Shown here in pieces: positions 27,170 through 42,300 of a DNA stretch of 64,000 nucleotides (its first letter is position 1; each line of letters starts with the position of its first letter). The DNA comes from Phoronis australis. Taxonomy: Eukaryota > Animalia > Phoronida. The stretch spans positions 897,059-961,058 of the forward strand of contig NMRA01000035.1 in NCBI GenBank assembly GCA_002633005.1, given 5' to 3'. A program made the position numbers and the translations under genes. A model generated the notes under the pieces. That model searched no databases, had not been told where the DNA came from, and worked only from the letters and a program-made list of their open reading frames with translations.

Positions 27170-28110
27170 AATTGAAGGCGCTCAATTCTCAACAGGCTAT
27201 GGGATATGAAAGTCTTTTGCCATGTTGTATAAAACTAATGCTGATGCTCTGGCTATATCGCTTGCACAAATTTATTATAATTGCATGACGTTGACATTGT
27301 TCACTTCTCTTTTCTTGAAGAGAAGCCAAGTTACCCCAGTGTTTAAAACAGGAGACATCGAATCGGGATCGTCTGTAGAGTCCGAAGGTTCATTGGTCCC
27401 GGCGAAGGTCCCATGGATAGTTCGAAGGTTCTATAGAATCATACAATCTTCGGAGTATAGAAACTTCGGACTACAAAAACTTCGGAATGTAGAAACTTCG
27501 AGTTTTACTGATAGACTATCAGATAATACACACGAACCCAAAAATTCAGGTTTTTGAAAGACTCGTCTGCAGACAACTGAATGTTTATTTTGTTGAAATT
27601 CTAACAACTACTTGTCTGCTTTTCTGAGAGGATATTCGTATCAAGAAATATTAGACTCACTGAAGACTTGAAATCTGCTCTAGTTAGCATTTGTGTACCG
27701 GTTGTTTGCTAATTGACTTATCAAAAGCGCTTGATCACCTCTCGCTGTCTTTTTTAATTTCTAAATCGTAGCCCTATCGTTGCTCTCAAATAGCACGTTC
27801 TTTGTTATACACAAACCTGTCATAATGATATGAGAGATTGGCAGTGCCTTTTCAGAGTGATATCCTGTTTGAAAAGGGGTTCCTCAAGGCAAAGTATTAA
27901 GGTATCTGTTGCTCTGTGTGTTTATAAACAGTACTTTTTATGCTTTGCATGACAAGTGCAATTTGAACAATTATGCAGATGAGAATACAAATATACATGG
28001 CGATCGTAGTAAAGAAAATGCTAGTAGTGTCCTAAATGATGTGACCATTTAACTACTGCATTGGTTTGACTTAAATCACAGGTCTGCAAACTTAGATACA
28101 TTCATTATGC
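27170..28110 (+). mobile_element. Decayed non-LTR retrotransposon (CR1/L2-like) reverse transcriptase remnant
   Basis: Frameshifted RT motifs in the expected order: LKRSQVTPVFKTGD (about 27315-27358), DLSKALD (about 27715), KGVPQG (about 27873), NYADENT (degenerate YADD, about 27969). There are multiple stops. Confidence 0.75.
27358..27510. mobile_element. Small MITE-like insertion interrupting the LINE remnant
   Basis: Left-half CGAAGGT subrepeats are mirrored by right-half (A)CTTCG(G) subrepeats; the segment lies immediately after the PVFKTGD motif. Confidence 0.5.
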
Positions 28111-29019
28111 GTAAGGGAGAGATAATTAAGTCCATATCATCAACCAAATAATTTGAATTGTTGTTGAATAGCCTCTCTCTGGTGAAACAATAGGGAAAAT
28201 ATTCTGAACAAGGCTAACTACATTCATTCTACTCCAGACTTAAATTTTTGTAATGATTTGTAAAGTGTTATTAAAAGCATGCTAATTTCGGCCTTCTGTC
28301 ACTTCCACTATGCTTTTGCTCATGGTAATCGGAACTGTCTAAAGCAAAGACGGATAAATTACACAGATGTCAAAACAAAATTGTCAGGTTTCTGCTGGAC
28401 CTCCACCTGTAGTACTCATATTGGAGCATCTAAATTCCACCAAATTAACATTCTCTCCTTTTCCTCCAGAGCTACTTTTCTTACCTGTCTCTTGATGTAC
28501 ATTTTTCATGCCTTTTCATTTCTTGCTTCATCTCACAGACAATTGCAATAGCGCTTCTTTTCTATAAAAACGGGTGGCTTTTATCCAGAAAAATGTGGGA
28601 ATTTATCATTGCAAGGAGAAATTAAAGCCATACAGCATGGGTTAATACCGTGAATGAAGTTTATAATTTGCGTAATGGATAAGAAGGACATACTCCTTTC
28701 AATACCAAAGCATGGTTGGAAGAGCCGACAATAAGGCATTTATGATGTCATAGCTAATAAATAGAAATTAAGTGCTCTTTGACTTTGTCTAAGTTTCAGT
28801 TGGAGCTCACTCTTTTAACTTAACTCTCCGAAGACTGAAAGCATGTTTGATAGACAAATTTAACCATTGACAAAAACTATTAAGGGCAATCAATGAATAT
28901 TTAGTGTATGAGATAAATGACTATTCTGACACTATGGCTCATATAGAACACGTAGCATGCAGTCTTAGCTCTGACAGACAATTACACCTCTAAAAGAAGT
29001 GTTTACAAAAAATAACACA

Positions 29020-30363
29020 TCATTGCTAAATATTCAACAATTTTTATTCCACTTGAAAACAAGTGAACAATAATTGCAATCACAGGGTAAAAATCAATCA
29101 ACTCTTCAAGCCAACATAGGGGGTGTATTGATCAGGGATCATAACAACGTGGAAGAAACTCGTACACAAAACAGCTCTAAGACAAATACATTAGAAAAAC
29201 CTAAATTTTGGACTAACTTGAACGTTACACGCTACTTTGACATATGTATTCACTTGAACAAACTAATGAATCGGTTATGTATGTGCCATCATTAAACAAG
29301 CTTAAGCACTAGTAAGTAATTTCAATAATACCAACCTATTACGGAGTACTATATTGTCACTACAGTCAACTTATAAACTCAGCACAGTTTTCTGTTATGG
29401 ATAAGTGCGTATAGGTAACTCTTACAAAAGGTAAGTCTACTCTAATGTTTTACACAGCACGTTAATAATAAATAAAGCACACAAAATAGATCGCTAGCAT
29501 GTCAATTCAAGACACTGGTCTGACTAAACGGCACCAAGTTATACAGTTGCCACTCTAAGGAAGAACTAAGCCTCCTCCACCGACTATGTAAACATGTAAA
29601 ATACCATATTCTAGAAAGACAATGGACCGCACTGCCAGTATTTTCAACTGTGATGCATTGCTATTTGTAAAATTGCAACAACTTCCAGAATTTGTTTCTA
29701 AAATGGTGTACGAAGATGAAGCTAAGCTAACAGTGAAAAAAATGTCATGGATCTAACAGTCTTTAAGTGTGTGTCCTAGCACTGGAAGTTCAACTGACTC
29801 TCGTCTGCAAAGAGATGACTCACCATCTATCTCATCACATTTGTTTCACAAGGCAATAAGATTTGTGAGACAGAAAGCTCATCTCCAGTATGTTCCAATA
29901 CTCAACCAATACAACACATGTCTGGCATCATTGGCAAAGTCCAATACATAAGAAAGACCACAGACTAAGTAGAAGTAGCACTGTACTGAGCAGCTCCATC
30001 TAGTGCCTGCCATTAAAAAATCAATCAACAGCAATATCACTTTCCGTACAAAAATTTCAGCCTACAAAGCTCAACTGATAGAGTTCAGTTTTTACAAGTA
30101 ACCAGTAGTTAGTTTTTCCTCTTCAAGCCCTGAAATGACTTTTAATGTACCTAAGGAACAATTCAAAAGTGTTTTGAAATCAAATATGGCTTCAACGGCC
30201 AGTTATCTTAAATACACTTTCACATTTAAAAACTTTACCACTTTGAGACGAATTTAGACAGCTCTGTTATCCAAAATACTACTTGGAAAAAATAAGATGT
30301 ACTTTTCCATAAGTCGACATGCAGGTCTCCATTATCACAACAGCAGAGAACCATAGAGCGGTG
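29020..30363 (-). other. Probable FLII 3' UTR, with a candidate polyadenylation signal near 29043-29048
   Basis: Non-coding AT-rich sequence after the FLII stop codon; AATAAA on the minus strand (tttatt on plus at about 29043). The 3' end is inferred. Confidence 0.4.
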
Positions 30364-33300
30364 CTATTCTAGTGGCACGATATGCTTGCCCCAGCCGTGG
30401 AAACATTTCGTGAAGTTTCTGTTCTCCTTCATCTTCAGAGCCAGCACCAACTTACGGGGTCGATCGGGCTGTTTGTTGCGCAGGTGTTGTACGTATACCT
30501 ACAAATGGGAAGCAAGCTATCTAAACAGGTCCGGCGTCTTGTGATACAGGTAGTACTGTCCCCTGATGAGAATAGTTGAAAAAAAAATTGTGTACAACAC
30601 ATTTCATGAACATTTACGAATAGGTTTAGCAAAGAGTGTTGCAGCAGATAAATTACACCATCACCAAACAAAAATTCTTCACATTCTTCATGCTTAACAG
30701 TATAAGCTATGTAGCATGCAAATTTTAGTTGCATATTCTAAGTCTAGATCTGTTCATAAAAAACAAATGGGGTTATGTCGACGCAAGTTTAGGTCTGTTG
30801 AATTTACTATTGTTTCCTGTTACTAAGCAATTGGTTTCGTAAATTTTATTCATGCCTTAACAGTTTTATAATTGTGCAGATTAACAGCATTAATTATGTT
30901 CGCATTTTATAAGATGCTTGTCAACAAATATGTCCTAAATTGTATTTAGAAACTTATTTTACTTCATTTCGGTTCACCAACACAAAATAAAAATTGAATA
31001 ACAACACTTAAGTGGTAAGTTTCAGTGCCACACGTTTAAACGCTTAACAAAGAGTCTTTTTATAACCAAAAAGATGTCATTTTACTAGTTGATAAGCAGT
31101 TAAATCGACATTTCATCTCCACTTACTTCCTTCAAACGAACTTATGAAATATACTAATTAAGGCTATCTAACTGGACTTAAAACATTTCCTTGTTACAAA
31201 GCATTGGCTTTCACATTAGAACTGACAAATAACATAGAAGCAAATTAAAGCTGACCAGCTCTATGGGTTTTTGAAGCTTTTCTGACTACTAAAGAACCAA
31301 GAAGCCCTTTGTGGCAACAGAAACAAAGTCCTACAGTTGAAAAGAAAATTTCGAGACCCAATTTGTAGGGTCAATTGACCTGGTTTTGAATTTGCTTGTC
31401 CTCCCCGACAGCTGAACAGAAGAAGAAAAAATTTAAATAGTCTACCCAACAGTGCAAAGCTTCATCCCCTCCACCTTTGTCAAAGATCACTTCAACCTTC
31501 ACATACAATTTACTATTGTGACGTGCTAATGGTAGTTTGTGCGACAGTCCCATGAGACACGTTTCCTAAATTTGAATGTAAGCACACCAGTTTCATGAAA
31601 CAGGACGTTTCAATCAAAAATGTCCACTTTAGAGTCCAACAAAATCTAATAACTACACAATGCAATACAACCGCATATAATTTTCAGGAAAATTCACCTA
31701 TTCTATATTTGGTAAAAAAAAAACGGTGTTTAATCAAAATTTACCAATTTTTACTCACCCTAACATCCCTTTGCTCCAGTAACAACAAACAGAAGTGCTT
31801 ACCTGTGCACTCTTAAAGGCCAACTTAATTTCCACATCACTTGGCTTCCTGCCAATCCACAAGTAGACTGACGAACCATTGTCTAAGATCATGACGTCGT
31901 CATCCGCCAAATCGTCCTGAAAATTAAAGATGATGCAGATAATTTTTATTACGCAAAAAAAACACAAAAACGCATCACATTGTCATCAAACATAACCCTT
32001 CCATACTTCGTGTTTTAGCACAAATTGTTGTTGCATAGGCATGACGCAAGAAGTCAAAAAATCATAGAAATGCTAATTTTTAAAAAACTATTAGTCCAAA
32101 AACACTACTCAAAAGTGAACACATAACTGTAGAATTATTACAAGTGATACAGGTCCTATGGCAATACCAGGCCTAAACCATTGGATAACGCACAGCTTGG
32201 CCTTTTAACTTACTTCAAATATATTCATCTCAGTGTCTACATAGCACAAGGGAGTGTGGCCTAATGGGCCATAGGTTCAAATCCCACTAAACCACACTGC
32301 TAGACCATCGAGACAGGTCTCTAGCTAATTAGCTCAGTCTTAATTAGTGTTTATGTCTCTATATGTGTATTTAACAAACAAAAAAGGTTTCAGGTGTTTG
32401 GTGGAGGGGGACCCGACTAAGTGACCTGCACATGTTTGGTGCAACCTGTATCAGACCTGCACTCTTTTTCATATAGCACTAACTATCAAAACACTATACA
32501 AAAACTATTTCAAACCGTGCACTTCAATATCAACATGCCCATGTTTCAAAGCTGGCAACTGATTCAGCGCCTGGTTACTCTCTGGACATTCCCTCCCTCC
32601 TGAGATCAGGACCAACCTCAGTGTGGAAAGAATGCTTCCAAGGAGAACTGAAAATTTCTACCACGGAGCTAAGGAACAACAGATCCATACCGGGATAAGA
32701 ACACACGACCTCATGGTTGTTACTCTAAACCCTAGGCCACCGAGTACTTAAGACTGCAATTATGTGGACAAAGGTTCAAATTTAAATATACCTGGCAGAA
32801 ATCTGAACACTTCTCGGAGACGGTAAAGTAACCCTTCTCGTTAGAGCACCTAAAGAGTCGAACATGCTTCATGAACTCGGCATTCTTTTCGTACGGCTTC
32901 TTACCACCGATGCCAACCCAGAAAAAGTTCTCTGGTTCTTCACCCTCGCACACTATCTGTATTGTGTAGGAGTCCTGTGTAAAACCAACAGTACAATAGT
33001 ACTAAATCCTGTGATATTCCCTCACATGCAAAATCCAACATAAGAGCTATGACCTACAAATTAAACCAATTAATCTAAAATTTCAAACAAAACTTAAAAT
33101 ACTATTAAACCTAACTAAGAGCTAAAATGAAACAATAGCTATGTTTAAATTAAGTAATGCTCTGAAATCACTGTGAACTCTCAAAAACTTAGAAACCAAC
33201 TTGACACTCTATCCCAATTTCCTATTATTCTTGCGTGAAGTTTGAGAGTATTGCAACATAAAAGAAGCCATTGAAACATGAATGTTTCCAGACAAGACGG

Positions 33301-36300
33301 TCATTTTTTGCAGAGTAAGTATGTATTTTATTGTTGAGTCCAGTACAACTTAATGAGTTTATCTGAGTTACTATTTCTGTATTTGGAATTTATGTAATAG
33401 ACTTCTCAAAAAAGTATGCAAAAAGGTAAGCCTAACTAACCCTTTGACAGATTTATCACATTATACTTGAATGTTACACATTTTCCATACAATGAGACCT
33501 CAGGCCCATGATTTTCTCAACCAAATTTTAACTCTGACATAGACTACCAAAGACGAGAAAATTTCCAACATCAGTATGCTAACTTCATACATCATTCACC
33601 AACTGAGAAGCACTACACCTGCTGTAGCAGAATTTCAACATACATCATAGAGGTTGTTCGCAATGTCTTCCGCCAGCTTGGCCTCGTCAGGGTCACATCG
33701 ATCTCCCAACCAGACGTACACAATACCACTGCTGTCTTCACTGTCAAATGGAACCTTGAGTATGTAGCTGAAATGGGTCATTCTCATAAATGAAGTGATC
33801 CCGAGCAGCTGGTGGTGTCAAATTACAACAGATTTCCAAGTGCATTAATTTGAGCCAACTAAGTAGAACTACTACCGATGCCAAGTTAGTAAGTTTTTAA
33901 TCATGATCTTGAACACAAGACTAAAGCACAAACATTTAATAAAACCTTTCCCTACCGTTAGTTGTAATGTAGCCTTGATGCGTGGACTTCAAAATTTCTA
34001 AGCGCTGAGTAACTTTTATTTATACTCCTGTTTTTATAAAGTGAAACAAATGTTGAAAAAACTGAAGCAACTAATTATGTAAAACAATTACAGAAATACA
34101 GATGTATCTCAAGATGCCTGGCAAAACCCTCCTCTACCTAGTAGGCCAAATGTTTACAATGTGCTTAGTGCAATAAGCAAAGTACCACATTTACCAGAAA
34201 GCTGGGTTGAGATTGGATGCCGTGGCCGGTATCTGTACACATCTCGTTGACAACATACTGCCATTAGAACGCAGGTGGAACATCTCCACGGGAGAGCTTT
34301 CACCAGGGGGCAGCTCTGCCTTGCGCTTGCCCTGGCGGATGACAAAGTGGCGCTTGAAGTGCGAGAGAAACTTGAGGTTCTCCTGCTGCTGGTGAGTACG
34401 CACCACATCCAGCTTGTCACCAAAGAGAGATTCAAACTTCTTCTGCAGGCTGACAACGAGACGAACAGAGTTACTTGATGAAAGCAACAACTCTGTACTC
34501 AGATACCACTAAAACAGGTGGCGGATAAATAGAATCGATTTAATTATAGTATATCAAGATCGAATACATGTAAAAATTCTAATAGTGAAACTAATAAGTC
34601 CGATGGCAGAAACAAATAGTAACTAACTCCAAAAACTTTGCATACGAACTCTCACATGAAAACCATTGAGATGGCAAACTACTCTAACAGACACCTTCTA
34701 TTAGTGCCAAGTTCACAACAATGGTTTCATGGCAGTATTCACGTTAACTCGTAAACTTAATACAAGACAGCTGGCTTGTACGTTCCGAGTGTACAAATTA
34801 CGAGAAGCGATCATTGTAAAGTGCGATCAAGCAGAGTGAAAAGATAGGTGATTTAGAAATGTCACGTTATGTGTACGCAATCAGTCATTAAATTGCTGGA
34901 GCCAGAAGCAACTAATTAGAAAGGGAAAGTAAGACAAGTGTGAAAAGGTATTACATGTTGGCGAACGATGTATCGCTATCTTATATAGACCGTTTTCAGC
35001 CACTAGACTGCATCTGACTCTGATGATGCAGGTGATCATGTACATTAATTCAACCAATCCAATTAAATACGTCCCAATGAAGGAGAAATTTTGGAACACC
35101 TCGATTGATATTTTAATAGATTGCAACTCCACAAAAATATTCAGATAATTAACACAGAACAGGTTTGCGGAAAAAATAATTCTTAAAAATGTTTTATTAA
35201 TGGAAGAATTACTGTTCAGCAAACACTGACCAATGCTACATTGTTACAATCGCTATTGCACAGTAACACACCTGAAGGTGAAGGTCAACCAGCCCATGTT
35301 ACTAGCCTCACGACCCTGCCAGAAGTAGACCGTGCACCTAATGTCGTCCTCGGGGGGCTCACTGTCTTCATCATCCTCCTCCTCCCCCTCAGGCAACTCC
35401 ACAGGTACCCAGTAGCGACACAAGAACACATAGCAGTCGCCAGAATAGAACGTACCTACAAGATCAATAACCACCAGATTTAAGGTGCGCTTAACATGTT
35501 ACTAATCATCTAATTCATTAGTACCTTTACTTAACAGTTATGTCACTTACAGAACATTCTATGCAGTGAGGGGTTATACTTGTCAGACTGATTATCTGGA
35601 TCACTGTGTAAAAACACAATAAACGAAAAATAAATACAGTCTAAATGTTTCATTTTCAAATGAAAGTCATTATTACATAGAGAAAAAAATACTGAATTAT
35701 GTTAAAAATTTTCTACACAATATGTTTTGCATTTATTTCATAATTTGTGTTGAGATGGTAACAGAAAATCAGACACACTCATATTTACATGATCAGATCA
35801 CAGTCTTCAATGCATGGCTGATGTTTATATAGTCAACATAATAAAAATAATTTTTTAATCTTAATCCAGTCTTCCTTCTAAATGTAGTAAAATACGGAAA
35901 TACAAGACCTATGTTCTAAGTCANGCTCAATGCTTACATTTGTATAAATGCACACCGCTGAAATTTCAAGAAGGTCACCTTTAAACGTCCTCGTTTGATT
36001 ACACTCGCCATAAGGTCCACCTGACTATTTGACGAGTTTCTGATAAAGGTAATACCATATACCTAATTCCTTCTCTGGCAAACGCACAAACTTCTTATTC
36101 TCCAGCACAAATGGCTCCATACTATCCAGGTCTTCATTCCACTCTTGCATTAGTTGTTCCTAAGATGTAGCAATACAATATAGTAAAACACAATAAAACA
36201 ATAATACAACAATACAATGCAATACAATACCATAAAAATACAACATTAATACAATAGGCACTCAATACTAATACAAATCTCTAATATGATAATAATGCAA

Positions 36301-39300
36301 CATAATGCTAATGAAAACGAGAATTATGCCATATCATAGTAAAACAATGCAATGTGTTTTTGAAGGGTGCCTAGCTCATCAAATGGCTATAATGCATACC
36401 TAAATCTATGCTATGACATTTTAAACACTCTGAACTCAAATCCAAACTATGAAGATTTCTAGTCCATCAATTCACAAATATTCAACAACAGTAGACAGAA
36501 TCTCATATTCATTAACCAAACTTACAGCTTCATCTCTAGACATTGGTGGTTGGCGAGGCATAAACAAGGCTGATAGATCTGTCTTCAGCTTATCGCGCTC
36601 CATGATTTGCTGAAAAGACAATGACAATGAGTTACCAAATATTTTGTTTTGCGATGTACAAATAATTTCTGGTATGACTGCTTCTAGAATCACTTAAATT
36701 GTTAAGTAACCACCAATCAGGTACCACAAAGCAGCTTGGGGTATAAAAACCCAACATTTTCAAAATGTTGTACGGATATGCTTTCAGGTAATTTCAAGGT
36801 ATATTAAGGAACACAAGGAAATAACAAAATTGATAAGAAAATGAAAACATTTTAAAAGGTATGGTAGTCATCAGATAACAATTTACAACACAGTTGTGTT
36901 CATACAAATACTGATAAAATAAAAATGTTTTTAAAGATACTTATATACTTTTGAATAACTTTGTTGAGGAAAATATGCAACATTGAAAAGGATTAGTGAA
37001 AAAATAATTATCCCCACCTGAGCAGAGCCCAGTCAACTGACCTTAATGTCTGCCCCACGCCTCTGTACTGACTCTGATGTCCTAGTGAAGTCAACTGCAA
37101 TCACGTCGTCCCAACCCATGAACTTAGTTTTAAATATTGCACTTTCAGCACTGCAACAGATTGCAACAAAGTTGAGTCGACTATATACCATGAAAACAAC
37201 AATCTCCTGCTACGTGACTGTTCAACAGGTGAAAAATGTGGCTGAAAATGGGTAAGCCCTGGATTTTGAGAACCAGTTTTCTCCACTAAATAACAGGCAT
37301 CAAACTGATTCGCAAAATCCGGGATCCCTGTTTTACGCACAAAATATATTTTTATCTGAATATCCTACTCCAACTGTAGTGAGCACGAGTCACCATTCAA
37401 CCTACCTCTCCATACACCTGGCCACTAAGGAGTAAGCACACGTCACTATTCAACCTACCCCTGCATACACCTGGCCACTAAGGATTAAGCACACGTCACT
37501 ATTCTACCAACCCCTCCATACACCTGGCCACTAAAGAGCAACCACATGTCACTATTCAACCTACCCCTCCATACAACTGGACACTAAGGAGTAAGCACGC
37601 GTCACCATTCAACCTACCCCTCCATACACCTGGCCACTAAGGAGTAAGCACGCGTCACTATTCAACCTACCCCTCCATACACCTGGACACTAAGGAGTAA
37701 GCACGCGTCACCATTCAACCTACCCCTCCATACACCTGGACACTAAGGAGTAAGCACATGTCACTATTCAACCTACCCCTCCATACACCTGGTCACCAAG
37801 GAGTAAGCACACGTCACTATTCAACCTACCCCTCCATACACCTGGCCACCAAGGAGTAAGCACACGTCACTATTCTACCGACCCCTCCATACACCTGGCC
37901 ACTAAAGAGTAAGCACACGTCACTATTCAACCTACCCCTCCATACACCTGGTTACCAAGGAGTAAGAAGGCCTGTCAATCATATTGTTGAGTTCCTGACA
38001 CAACTTTAGGGCGGCGGCACGCACCAATCGCGTGGACTTGCGGCCGATCCTGAAATGCGACAGAAAGAGGGTACAATGTATGCAAAATGAAACAGTTTTG
38101 ACTGTAATTATCTAATGTTTACCTTAGTTATAGTCTTCACCGTTTAGACAACATTAAATCGACAGAATATTGTTACTCCAGGTGTGAATTCTGCTTGTAC
38201 CTCACCGTCACGAGAGCGAATTCCACCAGGGATCAGCCATCATGAAGATAAATTCCACCTGCACTAAGCAGACATAAAGAGAACTGTGGGTCATTTTGTT
38301 TTTTTTTGTGTGATGCATTTTATTTAATTGACTTTGGGAGACGCAAGTTGATTTTAGGGTTAATAAAAACAAATTAGTGATTGTCAGTCATGTTTTTTTT
38401 GCAAATTGCTAATAGTTCCTAAGCAATGGGTAAATACTAAATTTGATACACAAAAAGAAAATGTTCGTTTTTCCTGCGAAGGCTAGCATAAACACTTCAA
38501 AATATAGCACAACTATTGGATGCGAACCAAAATTCCGTCAAAGTAATAAATTTTTTATTAACACCACTCAACGCCATAAACTTGATCTCATCGCATTCCC
38601 AACTTAGATGACAACTGGTTTTTGGGCTTGGAGTAAACTAGCAGATTGAATTACTGTTCAAGACTATGCTCGGTGCATAAAATAATGTGCCATGACAAGC
38701 TCACTTGTAAAGCCAGGTATCATCATCATATTCTTTTAGTTATGATCTATTTAATTTACTGTTATTCGGAGGTCAGCGAACTAGCGGCCAGTGCCTTTGC
38801 TGGCCACCCAGTTATATAACAATGTAGGTTTTTATACGATTCAAAAAATAAAGTTTCTCTCTCTCTCAAGCAATTACTAACCAGCCAGTCTTTTCCAAGC
38901 ACAGTAATCACCTTAAACTAGACTAAGGAAAAATCTGAGACAAGTAATATAAATGAATAGCAGTCTAAATCAAAGCTTAATTTTGGGAAGGTGATTTTAC
39001 AGCCGCTTTAACACGTCACCTTTAAAGTTAATGTGAGTAGATTTTACAAAACACGAAGCAAACCTAGTGACCGCACCTTTAAAACTACAAGGCTTTTGAA
39101 AGGGTATGACGAGCACAATTACAACAACTTAGCCACCTTGGAATTGCCTCCCCTGTACTCACCAAACAAACACGTCACCATAACAATCCATAATGTAGAC
39201 ATTCTTGGACTGCAGTAACTTCGGGGTGAATTTGCGCTCAGGCAACTCGACTACAACATTTCAATAATACATTAGAATATGACACAGCATAAAATGCTGT

Positions 39301-42300
39301 GATTAAAAAAACAACAGCATAAAAAAGAACTAACAGCAGCTTTGAAACTTACAAATCTTTAATTTATTTGCTTCTCTAAATGCCAAAACATCACAACACA
39401 CTTGTGCTTAATATTTTGAGTGCTCCCTTGTTACAAATCATTTTTCATGTTTTTGTATATCTGCAATCAATCAATCGGTCGGTCAGTCGGTCGGTCAATC
39501 AATCAATCAATCATTTAATCAATCAATCAATCAATCATTTATTTTAGTGACTTGTAGCAATTGCTACCCAGCCACAACTTGGGCATATAAGTCACCATTT
39601 CCAAAGATCTGTATTTATGCGGACCATATTTCTAGATAACAGTGTGGTTGCTCTCTTTTTAAATATTTACACGTCCACCAAAAATAAAACAAGTTTACAC
39701 CTGACTATTTAAAATTTGAATTTAAATTATTCAACTAATTTCAATGTATGGAAGGAAATTATGTAAAAAGTGAAAATTTTGAAATATTTTAACCAAATCT
39801 TCAACAAATTTGTTGTTTACCTTGTGGTAATTCCAAGTAGCCCATACCCAGGCCAACCTTGTACAACTTTGGCACTTTAGGCTTGAAATCATCAGGTACG
39901 TGTGCCTGGGGAATGAAGTAGAACACGCTAAACTTTCAGACCATTTTTAATAACTAGGATGTTCATTCTGTTTAATGATCACTTATAAGCACACAACTCC
40001 TTAATACTCAAAATTTTATGATCATTTATGTTAAAGCACAAACACCCGTTCTCAGCATCAATTTTGGTGTTTTACATGAAAAACACCAACATTTGATTCA
40101 GAATAAGCACATTCAAATGACCAAAATGGATCATACACAACCATAGAAAACCTTAGGGTTAGCTTCGTTTGTGTTGTGACACCACTCCAAGTTTCATAAA
40201 CATGGATACATTAAGGATGGTGTTGAAGAAGTTTACTTGTAATGTAATTCGATTTACCATTGGCGCCATCTATTGCCATTTACCTGTTGCTTCATTGTAT
40301 GACTCAACTCTCATGTATGTTATGATTTCCCACAATCCTTGGGACTTACTTCCTGTGGAGGGAATAAACATGGACAATATGCCATTTTCTTAGAACTTTA
40401 TCCGCAAGCACCCCACTTAAACAGGAAAGAAAAATCCAGGACTATACTTTAAACTAGTTAAGTAAACCACAAAAAATAAATCTCACCACAATAAGGTTTT
40501 CAGTGTTGCCACCCATGTATTTCCAGAAGTCCTCACCCTCGGCTCCCTGCACCAACATGACGATATTCGACTTGTTCTTACGATCAACCTTGTTCAGCTT
40601 GTCAGCTATGAGCCTGTGAGTCAAATGAATCGGTCAGAACTGAAGGAACAAATTTTCAGACTTACATGAAAATGTTCTTATCTTAGACGTGTTCATAAAG
40701 AAATGTGATGAATGAGAAAAGGAATATAATTAACAGCAGATTTGGTTCACGAAAAAATGTATTGACGAACACTGTGGCGTCCAGTTCCACGATGCATTCA
40801 TTGTAAAATTAAGCTTAAGTCACTGACGAACATACCAATTAGATCATTCAGGCATTCTCAAATGTTTCCATTCACTCCTCATGAATCACGTTGCGTGAAA
40901 AGAAACATGAAGTCACTTGATATGAACTCCATGACATTGCCTCTATGCAACCAAATCCTGACCTTGAAAAATCACCAGCACTTCGAAATGAAAAGAGGCA
41001 ATCATTTGAACACAAGAGAATGCAGAAACAAATACAACACTTCCTGCAACATACCTTGTTTTTGACTTGGTCATAAGCTTTGCATTCCTGCCCATCCATA
41101 TGAACATGACTTTACCACAGTCGAGCAGAAAGACAAAGCGAGGATCCAGGGAATCCTTGTTCACGGGTTGCTGTCAAACAACATGTAGGTGTCAATCAAA
41201 GAAGACAATGTCATTTCGAATTGATAACAAATCTGGCAATTTCCATGAGGGACAGCTCTCTACGAACTACAACAAAATGAAATCTTTCACATACAGCAGA
41301 GAGGAAACTGACAAATTACCTTTCAAGACAGAAAACTTACTCTTATGACTGTGTAGGCCTACTTAATGCTTTAATTACTACACTATCATCTGTATGAGTG
41401 GCACAGACTTTTCATCACTGGCTTTGCTTACACTTAAACGGAAGGCTGAATTCTGACAAGATTAGCATAGTAGGGGATAAACTTAAGAGCTACGTTGAGC
41501 ACTGCTTCGACAAATATGACTATTTTCTTGGAAAATCCCATTTTACAAAATGTCCAGTGTTTTCATGTAAATGTGCATCACATCATGAGTTGTGAACTAC
41601 AGGCAAGTTTGAACACCACTTACTGGCTCCAGATGTACATAATGAGTCCCAGAACACCTGTACAAACGAGGTTCAACTTCCTGAAAAACACACAAGAACA
41701 AATCAAAGTAAGTGAGCTCTTCAAAAGACATTACCACCAGTTTAGTAATAAAATTATGCAAAAGTGCAATGTTTTAAATGTCACATTTTAAAAAGTGTTT
41801 TTTTTTACAAAATGGTTACTGAGGCATGCCTTCCTCTCAAGTTCCTTTTCATTTTCCCTATGGTTTTAGGTCACAATTCTTATTTTACATATTTTTGTCT
41901 TTACCATAATCTTTAGTAAACAACTTTAGCCAAACACAACGGAGTATATGACTTTGTAACATGGCGTGAAAAATGATTTTTAAAATTACAAATGTTAATA
42001 ATTGATTTCCATAAGATGTTAACATTCTCTAGATTTTTCACGACGTACGCAGACCGTGCTACCGTTGTAATTTGAATACATCTTCAGTCCCCATGTTCAC
42101 AATTACCTGCTCCTCGACGGTGAAGAAGCCAGTAGCTGTGTGCTCACCCTCGATGTAAGCAATCTCGTTCTCAAACAGCAGCAGAAACTCATCGCTTTCA
42201 TCATTCATCTCTTCGCGTATCGTCCGTCCCTCGGCGCCGAGCAGATTGCGCAGGTTCACGGCGTGAATGGCAGAACACGCTTTCTTATCCAGCTAGAATA

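Noticed and set aside
26400-30363. LLGL1 abutting the FLII 3' end, as in human
   Set aside because: No LLGL-like exons are seen. The interval holds a UTR, a LINE remnant and the OSBPL1A promoter, so the synteny visible here is limited to FLII-MIEF.
37382-37966. CRISPR array (also considered for 3633-4050 and 57708-57890)
   Set aside because: The units are contiguous tandem copies with no unique spacers, there are no cas genes, and the context is eukaryotic intron.
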